Origin: a virus
Virus record (IMG/VR): IMGVR_UViG_3300037423_000584
Length of the DNA stretch: 64,000 nt
Direction: 5' to 3' (one strand)
Shown here: positions 50,244 to 59,400 of the stretch, piece after piece
Layout of the letters: every line of letters begins with the position of its first letter
How positions within the stretch are numbered: the first letter of the stretch is position 1
Notes under the pieces: model-generated
Told to the model about the DNA's origin: nothing
Database searches by the model: none
Seen by the model: only the letters and a program-made list of their open reading frames with translations
Position numbers and translations under genes: made by a program

Positions 50244-50507
50244 ATGATACAAATTATAAAAGATACTTGGTTTGAGAACAAATGGTTTATCTTTAATTAT
50301 AAAAATCGAGATGGCAATTATTTCTTAACAAAAAAATTAAAATATCAACGTCTTGAGACAACGGATTATAATGCCAAGAAAGAAAAATCTATTATATATT
50401 TTAATTCCTTAAGAGAAGCCATAAGCATTCTTAAAAAAGTACATCCTAAAATAGAACAATCAGAATATTCTATAAATAAGCGAGATAATAATGGGCAAAA
50501 GTATTAA
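50244..50507 (+). CDS. NSxRYA-family small protein
   Basis: FLTKKL...FNSLREAISILKKVHP. Confidence 0.75.
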   Translation: MIQIIKDTWFENKWFIFNYKNRDGNYFLTKKLKYQRLETTDYNAKKEKSIIYFNSLREAISILKKVHPKIEQSEYSINKRDNNGQKY

Positions 50508-50962
50508 AAAACAATTTAGCCAAACTCATGCAGGATTGAGTCCGTATTGTGTTTGGATCTTAGTAGGTATTATTCTTGGAACTAAGATTCCAGAGATCAA
50601 AGATGAATATAAAAAGAAACAGGTTTCAATTTCTTTAAGAGGTGATACTCATGTTTTTCCAGTAATGACAAATGCTGTCAAATCATTGGAAAAATATGGT
50701 TTTATACAACTTAATACTAGACTAGAATGCTATAAATTAACCTCGAAAGGTTTTAATGTAGCACATGATAAACTTAAAGAAGCCGGATTTAAGTTAGGAC
50801 TTTCTTCCACTATTTAATGGGTTATTATTTGTTGTCAATTAGGCATGACGTTGCGATTGCCAAGTTATATTATTCATTTAGTATAGCGTTTTAGATACAA
50901 ATAATACTTTAAAAACTCAGTTCCGATACTATACAACCCTTATAGTTGCAAAGTCGGAACAT

Positions 50963-51034
50963 ACCCATGTAGCTCAATGGTAGAGCGTTCCGCTGTTAAC
51001 GGAATGGTTGGTGGTTCGAATCCATCCGTGGGTG
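50963..51034 (+). tRNA. tRNA-Asn(GTT)
   Basis: ACCCATG/CGTGGGT; TTCCG-CTGTTAA-CGGAA; TTCGAAT. Confidence 0.9.
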
Positions 51035-51041
51035 TTAAATT

Positions 51042-51296
51042 ATGAGATTTCATATAGTAAGATCAAAAATATTAGTCGATAAAGAATATTATTTAATAGC
51101 ATTATGCTATGATAAACCTCCGCATATATTCCGTGGAAAATGGTTATCAAAAAATGGTAAATTCACATTTGGAAATGGCTGTATGCATCCAAATCAAATG
51201 CATGAATTCCATTTTAATTCTATAAGATATGCGATTCAGACTGTTAAAAAATATTATCCAGAACTTAAAAAATCAAATGTATTTATTAAAAAATGA
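51042..51296 (+). CDS. NSxRYA-family small protein
   Basis: WLSKNGKF...FNSIRYAIQTVKKYYP. Confidence 0.8.
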   Translation: MRFHIVRSKILVDKEYYLIALCYDKPPHIFRGKWLSKNGKFTFGNGCMHPNQMHEFHFNSIRYAIQTVKKYYPELKKSNVFIKK

Positions 51297-51559
51297 TATT
51301 TAAAATAATAGAAGGATTTGGACCAAGAAGAGGAACATATTGTATCGCAGTATGTAAAGGTAAAAATCGTATTGCACACTGCTGGATAACAAAAAATTTA
51401 AAAACAGAAGTTCCAAAATATGACTTAATAGGAGAATCATATGAATATTATATGAAAATATTTTATTATAACTCTGTTAGATATGCAATACAAACGTTGA
51501 AAAAAGTTTTTCCAAATACAAAAAGATCCGAAATAGAATTTCCAACAAGGAGAAATTGA
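51293..51559 (+). CDS. NSxRYA-family small protein
   Basis: WITKNL...YNSVRYAIQTLKKVFP. Confidence 0.8.
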   Translation: MIFKIIEGFGPRRGTYCIAVCKGKNRIAHCWITKNLKTEVPKYDLIGESYEYYMKIFYYNSVRYAIQTLKKVFPNTKRSEIEFPTRRN

Positions 51560-51933
51560 TAATGAAGGTTCATTACAAGGGTGTTAATTACCATATTCGT
51601 TTTGGTTACAATGTTGATGGCAAGTGGGGCAAGAGCCAACTTGTTAATCTTAAGGATAAGAGGGTCAGAACCCAATGCGATATCGTTAAGAAGAATTTGA
51701 AAGGTCAGAATACGGATATTGTCACTATTAATTCTGGCGAATCTATTCGTCATCCCAAGGACCCGTTCACCAAGAATGAGGGTCGTAAGCGTGCTCTTTC
51801 TAGGGCTCTTTATTATAAGCATTTTGCAGCAGATACGCCTGCCGAAACTGTTCTGCTTATTTCAGACGAAGGTTTTAGAAAGGCTGTCTGGGAAGCCTAT
51901 TTCAAGAATCATAAGGAAAGGAGTCATTGCTAA
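51556..51933 (+). CDS. conserved hypothetical phage protein
   Basis: HPKDPFTKNEGRKRALSRAL motif. Confidence 0.7.
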   Translation: MIMKVHYKGVNYHIRFGYNVDGKWGKSQLVNLKDKRVRTQCDIVKKNLKGQNTDIVTINSGESIRHPKDPFTKNEGRKRALSRALYYKHFAADTPAETVLLISDEGFRKAVWEAYFKNHKERSHC

Positions 51934-52029
51934 TTAAGTAACTTATATTGGAATATAACTATTCTGTTTCTTGTGAAATTAATTAAAACAGTTAGATCTT
52001 TTCTTATCTCTAGAGGAATTTTAAAGCAT

Positions 52030-52818
52030 ATGCGTATTGAAAATGAAGCTATGGGGATTGCGATTGATGCTACGGTTCGTGGGAATAATCTTGTTTATCG
52101 TGTTGTTGAGCAATCACCCGAGGCATCGGCTGCGATCAAGCATCTTGATAAGATTATTGACGAAGACACGAATATGGGTCTTACTATCAATAATTTCCCG
52201 AATTTCAAGCATACCAATAAGACGTTCTTCCTTCGTGGCAAGGATGAGACTCGTAACAACGACGAGGTTACTGCTAAGTTTGCCAGCCCTGCCGAAGCTC
52301 AAGGTGCTCTCTTTGCCTTAGATCGTCTTGTTCAGAAGATTGTTACTCCTGCCGAAATGAAGCCTACGCCCGGTGCTACGACGCATGTTCGTATGGCTAT
52401 TATTACCAAGGATCAGGCTCGTAAGCTTTGTGTCTCGGCCAATAAGTTTTATCCCGAACGTCGTGAGTGGCCTAATGAACCTGTTGAGCCTGTTGTTACT
52501 GAGAATACTCATTATAATGAGCATATCGGTCAAGCTGTTGATATCCTGAATAAGACCAAGACTAATGATCCGATTGAGTATAATAATCGGGTTGTTAATC
52601 CTCATAAGGTCGCTTCCGAAGATGCTCGTTATGCTGTCGAAGCTGTTCGTCGTTTGTTTGATAACGCAGAAGCTCGCGGCGACGGTGCTCTTGTCGCTGT
52701 TTGGCGTCTTGTTACTGGTCTTCGTGCTCCCGATGTTAAGAATAGCGAGAATAAAAACGATGGAGGGCCTGAGAATCCTACCCCGGCTGGTCATCCTATT
52801 CGTAATGCTCGTCGGTAA
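52030..52818 (+). CDS. hypothetical protein
   Basis: Long ORF with CGT/AAG/GCT-rich codon bias; AGAGGA RBS. Confidence 0.7.
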   Translation: MRIENEAMGIAIDATVRGNNLVYRVVEQSPEASAAIKHLDKIIDEDTNMGLTINNFPNFKHTNKTFFLRGKDETRNNDEVTAKFASPAEAQGALFALDRLVQKIVTPAEMKPTPGATTHVRMAIITKDQARKLCVSANKFYPERREWPNEPVEPVVTENTHYNEHIGQAVDILNKTKTNDPIEYNNRVVNPHKVASEDARYAVEAVRRLFDNAEARGDGALVAVWRLVTGLRAPDVKNSENKNDGGPENPTPAGHPIRNARR

Positions 52819-52930
52819 TTGTATTTCTTTTATGTTTTGTGTTTTAGGTCAGATTTTAGAGATAGTGTTATCTCGGTCTGATAAGGTTAGTGGTATCTTG
52901 AAAAGATACCGGATTAGAAAGGAGCCCACT

Positions 52931-53260
52931 GTGGCTATCGGTACTGGTTCTGCAAAGGCTGTTCGGCCCGCCTCTAGCGTCAAGGCCGTTTCTTCCGCAA
53001 CCGCTAAGACGGTTGTGGCTTCTTCTGCCAAGACTGTTGCGGCTTCGGCCAAGACTGTCTCTGCTGCTTCCGTCAAGACGGTTGCTAGCTCGGCTAAGAC
53101 CGTTGCACCCGCTGCAACTGTCAAGACTGTCTCTGCGAAGACGGTCTCTCCCGCTTCTTCGGCTAAGACGGTTGCCGCTTCGGCCAAGACCGTTACTTCT
53201 GCCGCCAAGACGGTTAAGGCCGTGAACGCCAAGACGGTTGCTGCCAAGTCTGTGAAGTAA
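52931..53260 (+). CDS. histone H1-like Ala/Lys-rich repeat protein
   Basis: AAAGGAG RBS then GTG; tandem (S)AKTV repeats. Confidence 0.7.
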   Translation: MAIGTGSAKAVRPASSVKAVSSATAKTVVASSAKTVAASAKTVSAASVKTVASSAKTVAPAATVKTVSAKTVSPASSAKTVAASAKTVTSAAKTVKAVNAKTVAAKSVK

Positions 53261-53268
53261 TTCCAGAC

Positions 53269-53338
53269 AATCTGCTTTCTGCTAAGTAAGCGTTCATAGA
53301 AATATGGACAATGGAGGTTCAAATCCTCCAAGCAGATT
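53269..53338 (+). ncRNA. small tRNA-like RNA with GAAA tetraloop instead of anticodon loop
   Basis: AATCTGCTT/AAGCAGATT; GGAGG-TTCAAAT-CCTCC; GTTCATA-GAAA-TATGGAC. Confidence 0.55.
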
Positions 53339-53368
53339 TAGTTATAAATAATAAAAGAGGTAGCATAG

Positions 53369-54316
53369 ATGGATGATTTCAACAATTGGTTTAAAAATAT
53401 ATTTTTGAAAAGATATCCAAATGGCTTCGTTCCGAAAGATGTAGAATCTTGGTTGAAACTTATTGATTTTTCTCATCAACAAATAAGAGAAACCCTTGGT
53501 GGTTTTAGAAAAGAAATAGAAGTTTCAACAGAAATTAGTTCTGTTCCTAGTAACTACAATGACTGTAAAAACTTAATAGATCAAATAATCCGAATAATTC
53601 CGGATTATTATAGAGCATATGGTCTTAATCAATATGACTTATGCAAAGATAAGTTAGCAAAATGTAAGAATATCTCAACGGCAAAACATATCCTAGGATA
53701 TGCAGAGAGACAGAAGATATCAAAAGATAAGCTTTCTAAAGTTGTTTCTGAACTTGGTGCCATTTGGTCACAATCCAAAACAAAGAAAATATCTAGTTTG
53801 GTTACTGTAAGCACTATTCCAGAAGCATTTTTGAGAGTTGGAAGTTATTATTGCGACCCCGGATCTTGCTTTATTCAAGGAGGGATGAATTGTGATAAGA
53901 AATATACTTATAGCATTCATCCTAATTCTTTTGTTCTATTGGTATCCAATGGTCCGGCAAAAGAACAAGATTTGGATTTTAGGCCAATTGGCAGATGTCT
54001 AGGATTTATAGACTATTCTGACAATACATTTAATGTTTCCAATACTAAATATGATCACAATATTGATGTTGGAACTTTTAGATCTGTCATAGAAGAGGCT
54101 GCTAAGAAGGTTCTGTTCAAAGAAGGTAAAGTTTCCCATATAAGCAATGGTTTTAGACATGATGGTGGGATAAATTATATGGACCCTTATTGCTGGACCT
54201 TTTATCAAGGTCAAAAAGAACCAAAGCATAAGACTATAATTTTCCCTACTAAGTTTAGCAAAGAACGTTTTGAAGATACTGGTCGGACAGATTATTACGC
54301 AAATTGGAACTATTAA
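53369..54316 (+). CDS. SC[FL]-motif paralog 1
   Basis: TIPEAFLRVGSYYCDPGSCF...NSFV...GRCLGF. Confidence 0.75.
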   Translation: MDDFNNWFKNIFLKRYPNGFVPKDVESWLKLIDFSHQQIRETLGGFRKEIEVSTEISSVPSNYNDCKNLIDQIIRIIPDYYRAYGLNQYDLCKDKLAKCKNISTAKHILGYAERQKISKDKLSKVVSELGAIWSQSKTKKISSLVTVSTIPEAFLRVGSYYCDPGSCFIQGGMNCDKKYTYSIHPNSFVLLVSNGPAKEQDLDFRPIGRCLGFIDYSDNTFNVSNTKYDHNIDVGTFRSVIEEAAKKVLFKEGKVSHISNGFRHDGGINYMDPYCWTFYQGQKEPKHKTIIFPTKFSKERFEDTGRTDYYANWNY

Positions 54317-54318
54317 TT

Positions 54319-55647
54319 ATGACAAAACAGGAATTTTCTAATTGGTATTCTAGTTTTCTAGAAGATTATGGCGGTGTAGTTGTTGATGGTAATTGGTTTG
54401 CTAGATACGAAGCTAATCATAAGAATCTTCAAAAGTTCCTTGGTGGTATTTCGAAAACCGAAACTGTTGAAGTGCAACTTCAAGAAGTTCCCAAAATTCC
54501 AGAACAACTTCTTGTACCTTATGTAAATGATCTATATCGTTTAATCAGAGGATATTTCTCTGAGTACAATATAGATTATTTAAGTATGGCTTTCCCTAAT
54601 GTGTCTAATCCCAAGTTCAAGAATATGAAGTGGGGTAAGCATATCAGCACTTGGATGGAACGTTCAGATGTCCCGGAACAAACAAAAATATCTGTAAATA
54701 AGATATTGTCCAAGATGGGTGAACTTTGGGCAAATGCTAAGATAGAATATGGCAAGTTCGATGTAACTATTACGACAGATCCCAGAGCATTTATTCGTAT
54801 TGGAACTTATTACAATACCGATACTGGCAGTTGCTTTAGACCCGGATCTAGCAATCAGATACATAAGTATATTATTGGACAAAGTAAGAATACTTTCGTT
54901 GGCTTTGTTACTCATCCGGGGTATGTTTTAGAGTTTAATAAATCCATACAGCCAGTTTCTAGATTTTTTGGTTTTGCAAATGATGATTTTGATAGATTTA
55001 CTCTATTTAATATGTATCCAAATCATCATAATGTAGATCCAAGACACCTAAAGTGTACCGATATATTCTTTCATAAGCTGCTTGGGGAAAGCACTACAAA
55101 TTTCGTCGAAAGAAGAGCTTATGTTCGTAATATATATTTAAATCCAAAACCAATAAGAACTTATTTTAATAAGAATAATCCAATTACTAAGAAAGAGATA
55201 TTAGATTGCGATGTTGAAAATCTAAAAGAACATAAGCGTTGCGTTAGTTGTGTCCAAGCTCATCCAGACATAAGAACTTTTGATGGACAAGATTATTGTC
55301 CAAATTGTTCTAGAAATGCAGTTCAATGTGATTGGTCCGGAGAAATGACAATGAGAACTTTTCCGGCCAGAAATTATGACAATAAAAATATAAATGTTTC
55401 TAATAGGTTTGCAGAAGATTTCGAAGTCTGTCAAGCAACTGATTTGCATTATCCAAAAGACACATTCGTTGAAACGTGTGCTAAACATCGTGTGTCATCC
55501 TTGTCCATGACTTATCACGGTGCTCAAAAATGTGCATCTTGTAACAGATTTATGTTCGACTGCAATTCTAGAAGATCAATTTCTGAATGTCCTACTTGTG
55601 CAAAGAAAGTTAATAAAAAGAAGAAGCAAGAATTTGCTTCAATTTAA
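54319..55647 (+). CDS. SC[FL]-motif paralog 2 with C-terminal zinc ribbons
   Basis: TDPRAFIRIGTYYNTDTGSCF...NTFV...SRFFGF; multiple CxxC. Confidence 0.75.
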   Translation: MTKQEFSNWYSSFLEDYGGVVVDGNWFARYEANHKNLQKFLGGISKTETVEVQLQEVPKIPEQLLVPYVNDLYRLIRGYFSEYNIDYLSMAFPNVSNPKFKNMKWGKHISTWMERSDVPEQTKISVNKILSKMGELWANAKIEYGKFDVTITTDPRAFIRIGTYYNTDTGSCFRPGSSNQIHKYIIGQSKNTFVGFVTHPGYVLEFNKSIQPVSRFFGFANDDFDRFTLFNMYPNHHNVDPRHLKCTDIFFHKLLGESTTNFVERRAYVRNIYLNPKPIRTYFNKNNPITKKEILDCDVENLKEHKRCVSCVQAHPDIRTFDGQDYCPNCSRNAVQCDWSGEMTMRTFPARNYDNKNINVSNRFAEDFEVCQATDLHYPKDTFVETCAKHRVSSLSMTYHGAQKCASCNRFMFDCNSRRSISECPTCAKKVNKKKKQEFASI

Positions 55648-55650
55648 AAA

Positions 55651-56616
55651 ATGAAAAATAATAACAAAAAAAATCCGAAAACCAATGTGCTTGAGTGGTT
55701 TATGATGACCGAGGAGGATGTGCTTGGCAAGTTCATGTCTCTCCCCAATGCACAAATGGTTGGTCAAGGTGACGAGAGATTTGTTTATGTTCCTGGCACA
55801 AGAGAAAAGGATAAAGTTCTTCTTGTTGCACATTCGGATACCGTATTCAGCGATAATACTCGTCCAGATGTTGGATACACTTGTGGCACTTTCTATTCAA
55901 GAAATAAGCATATGGGCATCGGTGCAGATGACCGTGCTGGATGTGCCATGCTTTGGGAATTGAGAAATTTCGGCCATTCTTTGCTTATCCCATGTGGCGA
56001 AGAAAGTGGATGTGTTGGTAGCCGATTCCTTATGCGTCAAAAGGAATGGCCAAAGATCATAGCAGAACATAATTTCGCCATTGAAATGGATAGAATGAAT
56101 GCTAGAGATCTTGTGTTTTACGATGTTGGCAGAGCAGAATTCACCAAATGGTGCGAAGCAAACTTTATAAAATACAAGCTTGCATACGGTTCTTTTACTG
56201 ATATTCGTGTTCTGTGCGAAGAAATCTGTGGTCTAAATATTAGTGTTGGTTATTATCATCAACATTCTGCAAAAGAAATCTTGGTTGAAAAAGAATGGAT
56301 GACTACTCTTAATGCTCTTAAGAGAGTTTTGATGTTTAAAAATCTTCCAAGATTTGAAAGAATAAAGCAAACTTGGAATACAAGTAATTATCGTTCTTAT
56401 CATTATCCTACTACTTATCAAGATGATTATAGAGATCTTATCGGTTTAGATAATGATGAAGATACTTCTATTCCATTGATAAAAGAAACTAAGAAGACTG
56501 TCTCTGTTGCTCAGGATCTTGCTGTTTGTCCTTATTGCTCCGGTATTATGGATAAGACGGAGTATAAAATTAACGAAAATAAGTGTGTTTTCGATAACTG
56601 CAAAAAGGCATTCTAA
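55651..56616 (+). CDS. M28/M20-like zinc peptidase
   Basis: AHSDTV, GADDRAG, GEESG, EMDR, NISVGYYHQH. Confidence 0.85.
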   Translation: MKNNNKKNPKTNVLEWFMMTEEDVLGKFMSLPNAQMVGQGDERFVYVPGTREKDKVLLVAHSDTVFSDNTRPDVGYTCGTFYSRNKHMGIGADDRAGCAMLWELRNFGHSLLIPCGEESGCVGSRFLMRQKEWPKIIAEHNFAIEMDRMNARDLVFYDVGRAEFTKWCEANFIKYKLAYGSFTDIRVLCEEICGLNISVGYYHQHSAKEILVEKEWMTTLNALKRVLMFKNLPRFERIKQTWNTSNYRSYHYPTTYQDDYRDLIGLDNDEDTSIPLIKETKKTVSVAQDLAVCPYCSGIMDKTEYKINENKCVFDNCKKAF

Positions 56617-56619
56617 ATT

Positions 56620-57927
56620 ATGATTAAGTCTCTTCCCAATCCTACGGAACAAAAACATTCTGAATTCATCACTTGGTTTAGGGCATTCATCAGTCACAAG
56701 GGCGGTTGGTATCCGCATCATCTTATTCATTGGCTAAAGAGAATAGATCAAAATCACCGAGAGATAAGAGAAGTTATTGGTGGTGAAAAAATCATCAAGA
56801 CTTATGTTCTTGAAGCGACCCAAAATGCCGCTGATGAACAAGAAATCAAAACTATTGTTGATCAGATAGTTGGTTTGATTCCAAATTATCTGTATACTTA
56901 TAATTTTGACAAAAGTGTTTTTAGAATTCCTACTATTCCACAAGGAAGTCATCAAGCTATCAAATTGGGTAAGCATGTCCGGACATATGCATATAAGATT
57001 CTTCATCAGGAAAACATGACCAGATTGGATAAACTTTTATCCGAGCTTGGTGGAATTCATGCACGTTATAGAACTAACAAGACTGAACTTCAAATAACTT
57101 TGTCCACTTCTCCCGATGCTTTCGTTAATTTGGGTCACTATGGTCCAGATGCTGAAAGCTGCTTTAAGCAAGGTGGTGGTCATAATAACAACAAATATGC
57201 TATTGCTCAAACCAAGAATAGCTTTGTTATTGTTATTTCGAAACCGGGGATTGGTAATGTTGCTCGATGTTTTGGATTCTATAATCATCACTTAAGATCT
57301 TTTAATATCTTCAATTATTATTTCTCTCCTGGTACTCAAGAAGGAGATACTATTGAAGTATTCAAGAGATTATTTTCTGAGATTCTTGGTTGTCCTGTTG
57401 TTTTTTCAGAAGATAAAAATGGTCTAAATGGTGTTTATCAGAATCCATACGGCAGATGGTCATTCTCTGAAAAAGAGATAGCAGGAACCATTATTGCTGC
57501 AGAAGTTAAGAATATTATAGTTTATATGTGCTCTGCATGTGGCAGAGAAGATGGTAATGACAAAAACTGGGCAGATGTTGATGGACATTTGCTTTGTGCC
57601 TATTGTATTAAAAATGCTAATACCTGCGAACTTACTGGTTCTAAAACCATGAAAATTCTAGCAGAAGTTGTAATGAAGGATGGCGATCTTTTAAAGGTTC
57701 ATCCGGAAATTGCAATAACTGCTGATGTATGTAAGTGTGGCCATAGATGTGAAGAGTTACAAAAAGTTAACGAAGATAGTGTTTGTGCTTTATGTGCCAT
57801 TGAGTATGGTGAGTGTGACGAATGTGGCAAAATGCACAAGGATCATGAACTCTTCAACTTGAATGGCGAAGAGATATGTTCTGTTTGTTTGGAAGCAGAC
57901 AGACATTCTGTTCTTATCGAACAATAA
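56620..57927 (+). CDS. SC[FL]-motif paralog 3 with C-terminal zinc ribbons
   Basis: TSPDAFVNLGHYGPDAESCF...NSFV...ARCFGF. Confidence 0.75.
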   Translation: MIKSLPNPTEQKHSEFITWFRAFISHKGGWYPHHLIHWLKRIDQNHREIREVIGGEKIIKTYVLEATQNAADEQEIKTIVDQIVGLIPNYLYTYNFDKSVFRIPTIPQGSHQAIKLGKHVRTYAYKILHQENMTRLDKLLSELGGIHARYRTNKTELQITLSTSPDAFVNLGHYGPDAESCFKQGGGHNNNKYAIAQTKNSFVIVISKPGIGNVARCFGFYNHHLRSFNIFNYYFSPGTQEGDTIEVFKRLFSEILGCPVVFSEDKNGLNGVYQNPYGRWSFSEKEIAGTIIAAEVKNIIVYMCSACGREDGNDKNWADVDGHLLCAYCIKNANTCELTGSKTMKILAEVVMKDGDLLKVHPEIAITADVCKCGHRCEELQKVNEDSVCALCAIEYGECDECGKMHKDHELFNLNGEEICSVCLEADRHSVLIEQ

Positions 57928-57939
57928 ATAAGGATAAAG

Positions 57940-58980
57940 ATGCCCGTTAAATATCCAAATGTTAGCAAATGGCTTCAAATGAGCCAAGATGAAGTCTTAG
58001 ATAAGTTTCATAGTTTGGAAGGTGCTTATTCTGATGGAACTGGCGATAAACGTTTTGTATATATTGCCGGGACCAGAAAGAATAAAGCTCTATTGGTTGC
58101 CCATGCTGACACTGTTTGGACCGGGGCACCTATTAATCTTCATTGGTATAATGGTGTTCTTTATTCTAAGAACAGAGATGTTAGATTCGAACAAAAATCA
58201 AAGTGGTCCAATGGAACTATAACCAAATATGGAATCGGCATAGGTGCTGACGACAGAGCAGGTTGTGCAATCCTTTGGTGTCTTAGAGAACTTGGCCATT
58301 CTTTATTAATAACCAGCGGAGAAGAAGACGGATGTATATCTTCTAAATGGTTAATAAAAGAGAAGTGGTGGGAAGACGAAATCACTAATGAACATCAGTT
58401 TGCAATCGAATTCGACAGAAGAGGTCATAATGATCTAGTATTCTATGATGTTGGAACTAATGCATTCGCGAAGTATGCAAAAGCTCAAACAGGATTTGTG
58501 CCTAAACAAGGATTTGGAACAGACATAAAATACTTATGTAAAGGTATTTGTGGTGTTAATCTTAGTGTTGGTTATTATAGTGAACATACCACAGAAGAAA
58601 AATTGGTTTATGATCAATGGCTAAATACTCTTGGTATTGCTAAGAATTGGTTAAGTCAAGATAATTTGCCAAAATTTATTCTAGATAAAAAAGATTCTTT
58701 TTCTGTACCAACCACATCTTATTATAATAACCATAATAGTAATAGTTATCATCATAATTATCACTATTCTAATACTAATTCGAATAAATCGACTCAATCA
58801 ACTACTATTTCTACTTCTAATCTTCCAACATTGGCTAATACTAAGCCAACTAATACAGACAAAAGTAGTGTATTTGACAGTGTACATATTGTTGATTGTA
58901 GACATTGTAAGAAATCTGTTTCTAGAAGAGAGTGGTATCTAAATCTTCTTAGATGTACTCATTGCAAACGTATAATGTAG
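57940..58980 (+). CDS. M28/M20-like zinc peptidase (paralog)
   Basis: AHADTV, GADDRAG, GEEDG, EFDR, NLSVGYYSEH. Confidence 0.85.
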   Translation: MPVKYPNVSKWLQMSQDEVLDKFHSLEGAYSDGTGDKRFVYIAGTRKNKALLVAHADTVWTGAPINLHWYNGVLYSKNRDVRFEQKSKWSNGTITKYGIGIGADDRAGCAILWCLRELGHSLLITSGEEDGCISSKWLIKEKWWEDEITNEHQFAIEFDRRGHNDLVFYDVGTNAFAKYAKAQTGFVPKQGFGTDIKYLCKGICGVNLSVGYYSEHTTEEKLVYDQWLNTLGIAKNWLSQDNLPKFILDKKDSFSVPTTSYYNNHNSNSYHHNYHYSNTNSNKSTQSTTISTSNLPTLANTKPTNTDKSSVFDSVHIVDCRHCKKSVSRREWYLNLLRCTHCKRIM

Positions 58981-58995
58981 AAAGGTGTACCATAG

Positions 58996-59400
58996 GTGAA
59001 AGTTGGTTTTATTGCTTCTAAGATGATTGTTTCACCTGATCAAATGAAGAGTATCAAAGATAGACTTCTGAAATTAAAACCTTTGGAAGTCCATCTTAGA
59101 AATTCTTTTAATTCTGATTACATAATATATCAGATATTATCAGAAATAGGCAAATTTGAAACTACTAGTCATATAGATATCAATGGTGATCATGGTTTTG
59201 TCCCTAGGAATGGCAAAATTGCCGAACATGTCAAGTTTTCTGATGTTGATAAAGGTATAATTATTGGTTCCGATGTAATTTTCTTGGTTCCTGAAACTAA
59301 GAAAATAAAGAAAGAATCATTTATTAATATAGCAAAGACATTCTGTGTTAATAGCAAAAAGAAATTCTTTGTTATATATCCAGATGGAAAAATAGAATGA
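58996..59400 (+). CDS. degenerate SLOG-like protein
   Basis: MKVGF...Q...EVH...D...VIYPDG overall pattern; glycine motifs eroded. Confidence 0.4.
   Translation: MKVGFIASKMIVSPDQMKSIKDRLLKLKPLEVHLRNSFNSDYIIYQILSEIGKFETTSHIDINGDHGFVPRNGKIAEHVKFSDVDKGIIIGSDVIFLVPETKKIKKESFINIAKTFCVNSKKKFFVIYPDGKIE

Noticed and set aside
25138-50507. ORF-track N-terminal extensions through tRNA-like elements (25138, 26415, 30440, 39937, 42005, 47242, 47618, 49226, 50208)
   Set aside because: They translate the structured RNA; family alignment or a downstream ATG supports starts after the RNA 3' end
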